From assembly GCA_028534125.1 (NCBI GenBank), contig CM052817.1:81408001-81472000 (forward strand): a DNA stretch of 64,000 bases, given 5' to 3'. This DNA is from Lama glama (Eukaryota). The notes beneath the pieces are model-generated. The model was not told the DNA's origin and did no database searches. It saw only the letters and a list, made by a program, of their open reading frames with translations. Below, piece after piece: positions 49,860 to 63,211 of the stretch. Positions within the stretch are counted from its first letter, which is position 1. Each line of letters begins with the position of its first letter. The position numbers were made by a program, and so were the translations under genes.

Positions 49860-50121
49860 TGATCCTTAGGGGCTTTCCAAGATCACCACATTAACATAAA
49901 CTCTGGTGTGACTGAAAGGGGCTTGTTATAAATAACAAAAAGACATCCATTTCACCTTTATGCTCTGAAACTATTTCAGAAACTGGAAACAAAACTAAAT
50001 ACTACAGCAAAAGATGCTCCCATGCCTCTTATATAGAATATTAAAAGGGTTTTAGCAGCTATGTGCCAGGAATAGTGGAATAAGACCAAATATGTATTTT
50101 TGATTATAACTCAAACATCAT
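49860..50121 (-). mobile_element. ERVL LTR fragment (MER21 family)
   Basis: 'gggttttagcagctatgtgccaggaa..aagaccaaatatgtattt..ttataactcaaacatcata' is the antisense of the MER21 5' end as I recall it. Confidence 0.75.
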
Positions 50122-51968
50122 AAATGCCTAGCTCAGCAGTTGGTAGGTAGAATGCAATGTTACTATCCTGTCTAATCACCTACGAAGTTGTTTAAGTAAG
50201 GTGAACTCAGTAAAATGCTTCGTACAGAATCTGGTCCGTAGAAACAATACAATAAATGTTAATTTCCTTTCCCTTTCATCTTTACATGATGCTGTTTTAG
50301 AAGAAATACTGCTTTTTTTTTAATGATGTGAACATCATAAAAAAAGATTCATAGTATACTTCCGAGCCAGTTATTTAGTTTTATGAGTTTTTATAATCTT
50401 AATTGTGTCATAAAGGAAAAATGGAAGCACTAATCTGCTTGATCTTCTATTTAATTTGAAAAGAATTTTTTACAATAAAGTTTCTTTAAAAAAACTAGAA
50501 AACTATCTGAATTTTTGTAAAATGTCATTCATTCTATATGATTATATTTATGAATGTTTTCAATGCCTAAAGATAATTTGATAAACAATTTGGAAAAAAT
50601 ATTATCGTAAATTTAAACTATAACAAATCTTTAGTTAAATTTAAAATATCCCTTATTTTGCAAAAAAATGAAAAATTGAAGCAGCTTAGAGTAAAAATAA
50701 GTAGTAAAAACATTATTTAAAAAATTTAAAAACAAAATTAGAGATCATTTACTTAGAGAAATATACATAAATGCCCAGAAATTTGTTACTGGAAGAGAAT
50801 ACAAAATTTAGCCCTGTATTTCTCAAAGTAAAAATAAATACGTAAATAGATAGATAAATAAATAAATAAAGGAGCACTGGGTCATATTATTAATAATACT
50901 CTCATATTAAAAAATGCATATTCATCTTTGAACTCTTTAAAGACGGGGAATCAATTATTTTTCCATGTTAGTATCACTTTGGCCTGGCCTAGTGCCTTGC
51001 ATCTTAGGCCTTAAATACATGTTTGCTGAAATGAAATGAACTGTCACCAAAGCTATCCTTTATGTGATACTTAAGAGAGAAAGATCCTACATGGCTGCTA
51101 ACATACAGGACACCAATAAACATGATAGGTAAATGTTTCAACGTCAGTTTGAGAAGATGCAGAAATGTTCTTCATATAGTAGTTTCTCATGTCTAGTAAA
51201 TGTAGAATTTAATCTTGATAAAGCCATTCTTTAAGGAGCTAAGCATGGTCTTAGAAACTCTTTCTCAAATATAGTATTGTGGCTGAATGTTTACTATTAG
51301 GATTGGCTAAGGCATTGAAGATTTAAATGTTTTAGATCCGGTCCCTGCATTCCAGGAATTCATAAGGCAGCTAACTTGGGATTGGCTTCTCTGACAAGCT
51401 CTGAAATGTTAACATTCTGGGGAAGTTTGACTAAAGATAAGGGTATATAGTTTGTATCTGCTATTTTGTTATCCAAGCCTAAGGTATATTTCACCCAGAC
51501 TCAAAGGGCTGTCCAAATTCTGCATGGAGGTCTATGACTGTGAGTCCAAAACTGTCCACAGAGAGATGAAACTGCTAGAATTCTTGATTTTGATCCCAAG
51601 ATCTGTTCCATACAGAACAAAAGAGAAAAGTTGGCCTAGAAATTTAAAAGTAGGTGTTGTCAATTGGCCATTTCAATCATTGGAATCCTCAGTGTGGCCC
51701 CCAAAGTAATTTTCTTTGAAATAATATCACATAGTAATGATCTTACTCAAATAAGTTAGTAGGAGCACATATGTCCACATTTGACTTGAATTACTGGGTT
51801 GAGAATTAACATTTATACTTGAAATTTGGAGAATATGGAGCCAAAGTCAACAATTTTTGTTGCTGTCCCTTTTGACAGCAAATAGTCAACAGATTTGACT
51901 GCTTATGAAGGACTACTGGTTTATAACAGTGAAATATATCAATGGCACTGAAAAAAGAAGTAGGCATG

Positions 51969-52546
51969 TGTGGTAGACAGATCCTCAAGGGCTCCCTAAG
52001 ATTCCCAGCTCATGGTGTTTACACACCTTCTCCTAGTTATTCAGTTAAACACTAAGAATATTGATTTTATAATATTGATTTTATTATAGGACGATTATCC
52101 ATATGGGCCTAATTAAATCATACAAGATCTTTAAAATAGAGAGTTTTCTCTATATAGTTGGTCATATTAGGAAGAGCCTGAACCATATTTTAGCTGGCCT
52201 GGAAGAAAGCAAACATCTACACTGTGATGGGCTATGGCAGCCATGTGGCAAGAAACTGCAGGAGATATCTAGGGAAGAGAGTGAATGTGGTCAACAGCTA
52301 AAAGGAAAATAGGGACCTCAGTCCTACAACCACAAGGAAATGAAGTCTGCCCACTGAGCTTGGAGGAGGACCTGCACTTCAGACAAGAACCATAGCCCCA
52401 AACAACACCTTGATTTCAGTCTGATGAGATTCTGGGCAGAGAATTCATTCATGGTATACAGGACTCTGACCTACAGAAACTGTGAGATAACAAATTTGTG
52501 CTTTTTTATGCTGGTAAGTTTGTGGTCATTTGTTATACAGCATACA
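51969..52546 (+). mobile_element. MaLR solo LTR (MLT1E-like)
   Basis: 'tgtggtagacag...gggacctcagtcctacaaccacaaggaaatgaa..acagaaactgtgagataa..aagtttgtggtcatttgttatacagca'. Confidence 0.9.
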
Positions 52547-52779
52547 TTTTAATGTAAAATAATGCTACATGCATTTAATTAATTTAACATAGAGCCAAAT
52601 TATTGGATACATTAAGAGAAGAGATAACAAGATTCAGCTGTTTCACATTTTTTAGAATTTCTACCTAAAATATACAAAGGTAATTTCTTCCAGTTTCAGC
52701 TCTACTTGTAATAATTTAATTCCATATGAAAAAATGCACAGAGAAAGAAAATGCACACATAGAACATTCTATAGAACAC

Positions 52780-53700
52780 CACCAGGTAGTGCCATCAAGT
52801 TGTTGTGTGAGGTGTTTAAAAGAAAGTAATTGTGAACCATACTGGAAATTGAGAAAAAGAAAGAAAACTGGTTTGCGGTCATGTCAAGAAGGACCAACAA
52901 AGGGATCTGTACATCACTCAGTGGTGACGTAAGCCACTGAACATTTTTGAGTAGCTGGGAGGTCAGTTAGAGTTGTGCACCAGGAAGACAACAGGGTGCG
53001 GCATAGATTGGGAGTGGTCCATGAGCCTACATGAAGACAGTAGAATGGGTATGTGATTTTGTCATCTTACATTATAGTGTTTAAGCCTGAATGTGATTAT
53101 GGTGATTGTAGTGCTATTAATAAATATATGTAAGTCACCAAGTAACAAGTTTTAGGGTAAAGATGATACATTTAGTCTGGATAAATCAAATTTGAAATGC
53201 TGGGAAATCATCCAAATGATGGAATGGGCAAACAGAGGGACACTGACAAAAATTCCAAAGGGAGATTGTTGCCGCAGAAATAGATTTGAAGTTATCAGGA
53301 TATAAGTTTATGGCAGATGTCCCCTTCAAGGGAAAGGAGATAAATATTGGAGACAAAAACACATGAGCAAGAAAATGGTACATTCAGAAGATAGGAAGCT
53401 AAGAGAAGAAATTTAAAAGGCTATAACTTTTACAAGACAATGTGAGAACAGATATCATGGTTTGAAGGACAAGATATTTTTTAAAGAAAATAATGGTAAA
53501 TTAGTCCAGCTATTCCAGGGGGACAGCCTGAAGAATAACAATAAAAGATCTTTGAATTTGGTAACTGAAATGTGGATAGGGAACTTCAAAACAATTTCAA
53601 TAAAATAATGAGAGAAGCAAAATTTACATTAGAAGGCATTTACTGAATGTAAACTTTTCTTCAATGTGAAGTTTAAGAAAGAGATATGACAAGATAAGAT
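52780..53700 (-). mobile_element. Degraded L2 fragment
   Basis: Purine-rich antisense L2 motifs ('agccactgaacatttttgagtag', 'tttgaaatgctgggaaatcatccaaatg'); boundaries are approximate. Confidence 0.45.
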
Positions 53701-55234
53701 GGGGGTTCATTTACTCACTCATACAATTTTCTGCTGATAAATCCTAAGAATAGTGCTGAGCATAAGTCTCAGATAAGAATAAAACTAATTTACACATATC
53801 TAATGATTAATTGATGATATAATGATATTTCTGGTCGGCTTCTTGTCAGATTGCAATTCAGTGCATCCTCTTCAATGTTATACATACATAGAAACACACA
53901 GATACATACACATGTATATCATATTATACATACATAATATATATGTCTACATGTGATACTCAACCTGGTAAACCAATTTAATAATTTGATTTTTTAAATA
54001 TTCAATTAAATTATCTAACAACATTTTTATATTCAAAATGCTTTGCAACTATCAATTCATTAATCTTTGTCATAATTTCTTGAAAAAATGATAATTTATT
54101 ATTATTATTAATCATGTTTTCAGTATGAAAAATAGACCTAAGCTCAGGCCAATTTCTTGAATTTTTATGAAAGTAGTGAATGAATATATTGTTTAAACCT
54201 CAAGCACATTTCTATTGAAATAGTTAAAATGGTACATATTTTGTATTTAATCAAATTGAGGTTATGGCCAGCATAGATTCCACTGCAAAAGCACTTAAAT
54301 TATTAACAATAATCAGGGTAAACTCATAATGGTCTATGAGACAGATGCTTATATTCAAGTTCTCTTTAATATATTCACATAAATCAAATAAATTTCCATT
54401 TCCCCTAACAGAATGAGAAGCTTTTTCTGATACTGTGTTTGAAGAAAGACTATTCATAGCGTCAGTGAGTGAAGACTGCACTCATTGAGGAATATCTATA
54501 GAGGAGGAACAGGAAGCATCCTTCTGCTAAATATAGCACAAAAACTGTATTCAGGAGACAATTTTTAGGTTCATAATGTAGCGCATAAAAAAAGAATGGC
54601 TGAAAGCTTGAGAATCTGAAGAAAAAATAGGGTTTTGTTTGTGAAGGTTAATTCAAGGCTAAAATAGAAATTTTTACATTTAAACCTTAATGAGTTAAAA
54701 TTTGTCTATAATCAGAAAACCTTACAACTCATTACTGTTCTGAATTAACTCCTCTCAGGGAGATTTCCCTTTGCTAGCAATCCAGGGCAGAATTTTGCAT
54801 TCAACCACAGAACTCACCCACGTGCTCATCTCAGTCGTTGTCATCCCTAGGCATAACTGGGCAACAAGTGAAGTTCTGTACCGTGTGCAGTGAGGCAGGG
54901 TCTCAGACTCCCATGGGCATGGCATCATTAGTTTCTTCTCAGGTTGCTTGATGCTTTCTAACAGGTACTTAGGCTACTAGCGATACTCCGCCTTCCTCTC
55001 CTCTCACAGAAAGTGTCTAGGTCCCTATGGTTCAAACCTCAAAGGTCAGAGATCTACCCTAACCCTCTCATTTTGTGTTTGTAAATACTGAGGCAGAGGG
55101 AGGTTTAGTAATGTACCCAACTTAGCCCATCTAATTGGGCTAGAACCTAGGTCTTTTTGACTCCTACGAATGTGCTAATTCCACTGCAACACCATAGACA
55201 TTCTCATTCTTGATGGAGGGTCAAATGGTGTAAT

Positions 55235-55782
55235 GTGATGGTGAAGCCCGCCCCCTCCCCGGTCAAAGACCACCAGGAGTACACCGGTAGTCAAGGAGGT
55301 GTCTGCAGCAAAAGAGAAAGTATACCACGGAGACCGTGGGATGCCAAGTTAAGAGGCAGAAGAGGGGATTATTATTACAGGATTTGAGGTTATGCTGCTG
55401 ATTCTAAAGAGGGTTAAAGGAAGCTGAGTTCATTCTGTATTGGGTGCTGTCTGCAAGTGGGGACATCTTGGTAACTTTTAACTAGAAGAAAGGGGGACCG
55501 AAGTGGGGTTAGAGTTGTCTTTGGTAAAGAGGCAGTATTTACTCATGTGAGTAAAAAGGAAAGGTATGTTTACTTAGTCTTGTGGCTGCAGGGTCTTTGT
55601 CTCTATCTTACTTCAGACATGGTCCCCGAGTGGCAGGATCCCTGTCTTGTTCCATCCCAGTCATAGCCTGCCTCATTTGGTCATCATTTATGTTGTTCAT
55701 ATCTGGTGATCATATTTATTATGTTCATTAGGGAACATCAGAGCTTAGCTGTCAGCTGCCAGAGCCATTTTTCATTTTCTCA
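55235..55782 (-). mobile_element. ERV1-class solo LTR (MER89/MER90-like)
   Basis: 'caaagaccaccaggagtacaccggtagtc', 'attattacaggatttg' and 'ttggtaaagaggcag..actcat', ending 'ttttctca'; the family name is from memory. Confidence 0.7.
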
Positions 55783-56524
55783 GTCATGTATAGGACAGAC
55801 TAGGTTGATCCCAAAAGCAAGTGTGAATCAATTGATGAAGTTATAAAAAGGAACACTCTAGTTCAATACAAGACACAACTTGGCACCTAAGAATGAAATA
55901 AATTATCTCCCAAACTGTGTATTTTCCACTACTGGAATTATCTGCAAGTCAAGATCCTTTGGTAAGAGGATGAGATTTTGGAAAGAGGATTGGAATAAAA
56001 GTGGTCTCCAGATCTGAGTTTATGCTTTTAGGTCCAACCCACAAAGTTGTCATAATCATAAAGATCTGGGGCTCAGCTGGAAGAGACAGCCATGGCTGGA
56101 AGAATTTTTTACCAGACATTAGCTTTCATTTCATGCTTCCCAGGTAAAATATTTTGCCTTCATAAGGACTTGCGCTATACCTCAGATACTGGCTTTAAAT
56201 CACGTGTGATTTTATCCCCTTCTATCTTAGACTCACATTTCATAAAAAGTAGATCTTTGTATAAGCAACACATCTACTAAAATGGGAAGAACACACAGAA
56301 TGTTATCAGAGGTCCTGCTACTAGGGTGAAATGTACATTCATAAAAAATTAACTTTCTTGAACATTTTTAACTCTTTCCATTCTCAACATATATGATTAA
56401 GGTAGTTTCTCACCTTCTCCCATCTCTAGCTGTTAAATTACTATCCGTCCATCAAGCTCCATCTTACGAATTCAAAGGTAAGCCCTGAATGCAGCCTTCT
56501 CTGATTCTACCCTCTAGATTGTGG

Positions 56525-57035
56525 TGTCAAGCCTAAAATTAAAGCCTAGTATTATGTGCTGCCTTAACATCTGGGGAAACTGAGAGAGCCTCAAATAGCC
56601 TAACTGCAAGTCCCACTCCCCACCTCGCTCCCACAGAGGCGGTCCCCTCACCAAACCCCACTCCTTGTCAGCGGCAGCAGGCACAGTTCCCTCTTATCCC
56701 TGGGTAGCTGGTTTCGGTTCCCTGAGAACTCATGAAATTATTCAGACAAGCCAATGATATCCTCGCACGGGAAACATGGGACATCTCACCCTCCTGATAC
56801 CACGGAGCCTGCCTCCCACAGCCCATGGATGTTACTGCGTCCCTGAGTGCCACTCCCATGTGGCCCCGTGTGCTGTGCGGGCTCCACCTCTCACGGCTGT
56901 GTGTGTGTGTGTGTGTGACTAAGAAACTGCTGTTCATCTCTTGTGTCTAGTGTTAGGTGTTGTGTGTTTGGCCACCTCCATAACCCTAGGGCAGGAATTG
57001 CCCCTCACCAACAGGGCGAAGAGGAGGCAATTAAC
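56525..57035 (+). mobile_element. ERVL-class solo LTR (MER73/MER54 group)
   Basis: 'tgtcaagcctaaaattaaagcctagtattatgtgctgccttaacatctgg...ccataaccctagggcaggaa..ccctcaccaacagggcgaagaggaggcaattaa'; the family name is from memory. Confidence 0.75.
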
Positions 57036-58224
57036 TCCTAGACTCCTCTACTTTTCCCTAAAGCAAGAATGAATACTTTTCTATTCTTTCTCTTCAACAT
57101 TTTGTGTGCCCCAGTACCACTTATCAAAGTGTGGTTTAAATTGTGATCACAAGCTTACAATGGTGACTCCTTACTGCAAAGTGGACAGAGATTTGAGTCT
57201 TACTCACCTTTGAAAATCCTTTAGGGTCTACCGTGGCATCTCAGATATTAATGATTTTAGTTCACATTCCATTAGCACTTTTTTTGCCTCCTTTCTAATT
57301 TTAGATCAATTCGTGTCTAGAATGTGATCACAAGAGACCTTTTTTTCCTTCGTATAATTGAAACAGTTTACACTGTAAAAAAGGAGAAGCAATTAAAAAG
57401 AACTCTTTTACTAGCTCAGCCCCGAGGCTGGCAGTACAGCTGTGATGCAGAGCCACCTCAGCAGGTCTCATTAGCTCTGTGTCCAGCTGGAGACGGGATG
57501 CTAAGGTGGTTGATCACGTCACTGCCAGCCCTACTGGGGGGGAGAGGGGAGTAGCGTTTCTTATTAATACTTCTTTATTTTGATTCTACTGGCTGATAAA
57601 GCCAAGACTATAATGCCACATCATTGTTAGAAATGGAGCTGATTTTATAAGTTCAAGCCATTGCCCCAAATTGTGTTTTTGCTGTTAGTTTTTGCTTTAG
57701 TGGCAAAAAGTAATTTAGTTAGGCACACAGCTAGGAGATCAGGCTCTTAAGCAGAGAAATAATTGGAGGAAACTCAAGCTCTCTGGAGATCATGATGGCT
57801 TTCATAAGGCAAGGAAAAAGTAATAACTAGTGTAATAATCTAGAAGTGAAGGAATTCAGCCTTGTGGTGAGATGAGATTGAAAAATAAAATTGTTTCTCA
57901 AGTGTCTAGCCAATCCTGCCTTAGAATTTCCCAGCAGGCTTCCAGTTCTTTCTGATTTTCCTCCCTTTCTGATAGTCGTGTGTTTTCTCACCACACCTGT
58001 TGAATTTAAAAATTGTAATGGTGCTACATGGGGTTCTCTAAATATTTCATGTGTGTATGCTTTGCTTCTTCTATAATCCTGGAAAACTGAGACCATAAAT
58101 AGTATTTCTTTTCCATCCTTATAATATCTGGAATGATGTAAGTAGGGACTTCATAAATTCTTACTGGATTTGGAAGATAAAATGGATTTTGGAGGAGTTC
58201 CAACAATGCATTTGAGAATGAAAG

Positions 58225-58420
58225 AGGAATATCTATATATCCACATTTAGATATACAAACAAGTACATATTTTATGTGTGTACATTTATATCATACACAT
58301 ATTTATCTATGTAATATATATTATATATTCTATTATATATATTTATGTATAGTCTCTATATATTTATATTCTGTATATTTAAATATATAATTCTCCCCAT
58401 ACATTTTCTATATATACAAG
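58225..58420. repeat. TA-rich low-complexity region
   Basis: Degenerate (TA)n/(TATAT)n runs. Confidence 0.8.
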
Positions 58421-58987
58421 AAATGCTTCTTACATGTTCTGTCAGTTGGTCTTCACAATTATCCTGTGACACACTTATGTCTGTTTTATTGCAGAGGAAA
58501 CAGGCTAACAGAATTTGACTACTCTATTCTATGTGGTGAAATCTGCAATGAACCCAAACCAGGCTGCCTCCGTGACGTTCTTATCAGGAGACTAACAATG
58601 GATTGAACTGTCTCCATATTATGAAACTATTACAAGGCTAAGTCAGTATTGTCTCTTTTCCCCAAATATATGATAATGATTTTTATGCTGATAATTTAAT
58701 TAGGTAATAATTTTTGTTAATTTTTACTAAAATGATAAAAAGTTAGATGTGAAAAATTCATACACAACTGATTTTTATAGTTCAACCTTATAAAAATTTT
58801 ATAATCACAGACTTATACCAGTTATACAGCCAGACCATGAAAGACTTAAGGTCCTAGAGATTAAAAATTCTACAAAATAGAATCACATAGAAGTCAAAAT
58901 CTTTTAGTTGCTTGAAATTCTGCAGTTTTCTGTACAATTATTTTTTGAAGGCTCACATTTGCTATGTGAGAATGGAAGGGAGAAATA

Positions 58988-59053
58988 CATATATATATGT
59001 GTAAATATATATTCTATGTATCTATGTATCTATGTATCTATCTATCTATCTAT
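58988..59053. repeat. Compound (TA)n/(TATGTATC)n/(TATC)n microsatellite
   Basis: Read directly from the sequence. Confidence 0.9.
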
Positions 59054-62000
59054 GGCTCACATTTGCTATGTCCAGTATGAGATTCAGAGCTTGACATTCC
59101 AGAAACATGTTGAATTGAATTAAACTTGAATTAAAATTGAATTAAAATTGAAGTCTGATCAATAACGGATAATGATAGGATATTACCCTATTTCACAAAG
59201 TATTATCTATCCATGGTTTTCATATTCCAGATTATAAGCATACATTTTCCAAGTATCAACTTACATTCACTAGTAGTAAACTAGAAGATTTTTAGGGGGC
59301 TTTATTTGAAAAAGATATATTGAACCATTTAATAGTCTTCAATTTTTGGCTATTCCTATTGATTTCTGAAATGTTGGAAAATTAAAATTTTGATTAAATG
59401 TTATACCAGGGGATGGATAAATATATACATATAAACAGTGCATTAGTTTGTTATTATAAAATAAGAGCTAGCATGTCAGACTGTTTTAAAATCTGAGTCA
59501 TTTAATTTAACATTTATAGATTTAGGAGGCTGGATGACAGCTATGTAAATATAAATCATTATTATCATTGCTACTTTCAGGTTTTAGTTGAACTTGCAAG
59601 AAAAGAAAAATCTTGCCTCTCTTGCTTTGCTCTGTAATCTTAAGTATTCTTTAGTTCCAAAACAGAGAAGACAGTTAAAAAAAAAAAAGGCAACTGGCAT
59701 CAGTGAGAAGAGAAAACCCTTCTGTGCATTCCAGTTTCTCTTACTTCTTCTGCCAACAGAGCCATGTGTTCGTGGTACTCAAATTGAATGCAGGTGTGTG
59801 TCCATCCACACGCTTAAACCATATAACAAATGGAGAAAATGGAGCAAAACAACAAACTACTCAGAGTCTTTGGGAAAAAAAAAATGCCCAGCAACAAAGC
59901 TTGTTTCGCTTTCCTTATATGTACATCCAGCCAGACCTCTCTGTGTATGCAATTAAGTCACAAAATCCTCATTTGAAGATTGAGGCCTCTTGCAACGAGA
60001 GCCAAGAGATCTCAAACCCCTGATGGACATTCTATTCAATGGCCTCTTTTAAATGCATACCATTTTTTAAAAAAATTTTCTTGATGTTGTTGTTATTATC
60101 CACAGAGACCAGGCCTATTTCATCACTATTTTGCTAACTCAAATAGTCTTCTGAGCACTACAGTAAGCCAGTTCCACTAAAGTGTAAATACTTCATGTTC
60201 TGTATAACATCGGATCTATTGGTATGCTTATACTCTGTACTTGAGGGACTTCGGGGGAAAGACGAATGATGCTGTGACTGATTTAGTACTCCTAAAAAGC
60301 ACTTGCAAATAAAGAAGCCAAAAGAACTCATTGTGTCTTTTTTCTTTTTCCGAGCTCACCAGCTTTGCTAATAATTGCACCATTCATCTACCTCTTTGAG
60401 CACACAGAGCATTGTTAATTTCTTATTCTGTTTTCCATATGACCCTGTCACTTTGGTGCCCTGTGAAGGATGCGTCAGATGTTTTGAGTGGGAAGTTTTG
60501 ATCAATTAGAATGAATTATTGGCACTTAACTTTCTCTGTGTTATTAACTTAATCTGACTTCCATTGTATTTCTCAGTTGTATGTTAAGACTGTTTATTCA
60601 CATTTATTTTCCTTTAAGGTGCTCTTGGTGTCTTGTTGCAATTAATGGACAATAGGTTTTGAGTATATCTGCAACTAGTTCTTCAGTGAACTAACTATTG
60701 TAAATTTTATACCCATGTCTGTTAAGATAACTTATGAGCAGTGTTAAAGAGATAAGGGGAATTAAAGCAATAATAAAGGAGGTTATGATTTTCTTTAATA
60801 GGTAAATATTGTAAAAATGAATGAATCATCTGTGTAACTGGTGAATCATACCCTCTAAAAGGATATTGGGAATGATACAGAGAGTTAATTTCTGAGGTGT
60901 TTGTACATGTTCTCTGATAAAGTCATAAACGGCTCATGCTAGCTGAATATGCACCTTTTTCTCACAGAGCCATAACCACATGCAAAACCTTACTGCAATG
61001 ATGCATTCTTCACTTTTTCATTTTACTGTTCATTTTGAACATAACTTAACATGAATCCCATTCAAATTATGTATAAATTGAATCTGCTTTTTAAAATGCA
61101 CCTTTATTCTTGCTGACACTTAGGAGGATCTCTCACCATCAGTATTTCAGTAACAGCACAACAGGCTATTTATTAATTTGTCATTCCCAGGTTCAGTTCA
61201 ACAATTGGTTTTGGAGTCTCTGTCATCATATTGTATTTTATGTCAACTGTACATTTATTTATTGCAACTTAGAAGATGTTAGAATATATCTGTTTTATAA
61301 TCATTGATATTAGGAGAAAGAAGATAAATTCAACATTAGTCCAGTAGACCAGTGATTTGGATCTGGAGCTAATGAGTCCCAGTTATTAGTGAATTCCAAT
61401 TTTGAGTAAAGAGTTTGAAAATTTGGTTCATAATCTTATGCCCTTATTTAGGGTATAAATAAGTGAGTGATTTGCCCTGAAACTGAATTCCCTTAAGGAT
61501 GATGCTGTATCAATAAAGCCAGTCCAGTGTGGACAGAAATAGTTGATGGACATCAGTGAGTACTGGTTTTAAAGATACCATATTTTAGCTCATTTTTTAC
61601 AAAAGGAATGACACTAAAGCAAAGCCTAAAACAAAGCTATGCATTATAATATAACTATGAAAAGCTTTTGTCAGGTAAAAAATTCTCTTGTCTGGAAGGT
61701 ATGTTCTGATTGGCCCATTTTTGTAAAGCATGGGCATTAAATTCTGTTTGCATTGGGAATACGAGGGAAGGCTTACCTGCTGTGGCCAAAACAGAACTGT
61801 CTTTGCTCTTGGTCTTAATCTCTTTGGATAGTGTCTCATTATCCTATAGTCGGGGCAAGTTTTGCTCACTCAGATCAAAGGTCTAAATATGAATATTAAG
61901 TCTCAGAGCAGAGGAAGTCAGATATCCTTGCCTTTGTCTTCATGTCTTGACTGTCAAAAAACCCCAGGTTTGCTTCCTACCAGCAGCAGTGAGTTTTGTA

Positions 62001-62279
62001 GTTGAAGAGGAAGGAAAGAAGAATGGGAGGGAGAAAAGTGTGAGATGATGGCAGGAGATGGAGAAATATTTAGTAAGGGAACAGATATTTTAGTATTGTG
62101 AACGCCGAAACATTCTCTGATTCATTCTTTGTATGTTTATTTTCTGTTTTAGTCATGTTTTGTAGACAGTAATTAAATTCACCATCATATATTTCTCAAT
62201 TTTTAGGCTCAGTTTTGTTGTAGGTATAACCATTTTACATATCCACTTACTTTTATTGTTAAACTATATCCTTAAAGCA

Positions 62280-62682
62280 ATTTTTTTAGGTGGAGATTTT
62301 ATAGTATTCGCCTGAAAATCTCTTTTCTCATATTCTTAAAGGATAGTTTAACTGTTTGTATAACTCTAGGTTAATAGTTTTTCCCCTCTCTGTACTTCGA
62401 TGATTTTAGCCCAATGTCTTATGAAACCTATTGTTACTGATAAGAATTTGTCAAGAAAGGACTACTTTTTATTCTGTTGCCTTATTTTAATTCTTTAAAA
62501 TTTTCTGCCACTTTTTAAATGTTCCTTCTGTCATTTCTATTATCTTCATCTTGAACTGAGAATTATGTTGGAGGTTCTTTATCCTACCTTTTTTCTGTTT
62601 CTTAACACATTTTAGTTTTTTTTTTCTCTCTGGCAAAATTTTAGAGTAGTATGCTCTAATTCATTGATTTTTAATATCAATA
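62280..62682 (-). mobile_element. Ancient L1/HAL1 ORF1-region fragment (probably resumes after the LTR, ~63212-63400)
   Basis: 'attcttaaaggatagtttaactg..tataactctaggttaatagtttt..attgttactgataagaa' resembles antisense L1 ORF1 3' sequence. Confidence 0.6.
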
Positions 62683-63211
62683 TGTGATGGAAATAATCTA
62701 AGGTAACCCTGATGGCTCATGCTGTTGTATAGTCCACTTCCCTTAAATGTGGACTGAATCTATGACTAGCTCTTACCCAACTGAATATGGCAAAAGTGAG
62801 GGGGCATCACTCCTTTGATGAGGTTATATTATATAAACTCTGTCTTAGCAGATTAGAGTGCAAGGCTCTCCTGGTGGCCTCGAAGAAGTAAACTGCTATG
62901 CTACTGAGTGCCTATGGAGAGAACCACATGGTTAGGAACTATGGGCAACCTCTGGGATTTGAGGGCCTCAGACCTACAACTGCAAGAACATTCTGCCAGC
63001 AAGCACGTGAGCTTAGAAGACAACCCCCCAAATCCAGAGAGGACTTAGCCCAGCCAATACCTTGTTAGCTGTCTTCCTAGTTCTGAGCAGAAGACTTAGC
63101 TAGGTCCTACCCAGACTCCTGACCCACGGAAACAGCGAGATAATAATTGTGTGCCATTTTCAGTGGCTAGATTTATGATAATTGGTTACACAGCAAAAGA
63201 AAATTAATACG
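62683..63211 (+). mobile_element. MaLR solo LTR (MLT1F-like)
   Basis: 'tgtgatgg..tatggcaaaagtga..ccacatggttaggaact..cccagactcctgacccacggaaac..gagataataa..gttacacagcaaaagaaaattaatac'. Confidence 0.9.

Noticed and set aside
52057..52084. 14-bp tandem duplication (aatattgattttat x2) inside an MLT1 LTR
   Set aside because: Ordinary slippage or repair duplication with no further structure.
59110..59152. CRISPR-like or satellite array
   Set aside because: Only three ~11-bp tandem units with no spacers, in mammalian DNA.
60106..60162. 57-nt open exon-like segment (cacag|...ACA|gtaagc; RPGLFHHYFANSNSLLSTT)
   Set aside because: The peptide is unrecognised, the donor lacks the exonic AG, and there are no partner exons; such pseudo-exons are common.
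61777..61843. 67-nt minus-strand exon-like segment with a CAG|gtaagc donor (DNETLSKEIKTKSKDSSVLATA)
   Set aside because: Poor polypyrimidine tract, unrecognised peptide and no supporting neighbouring exons.
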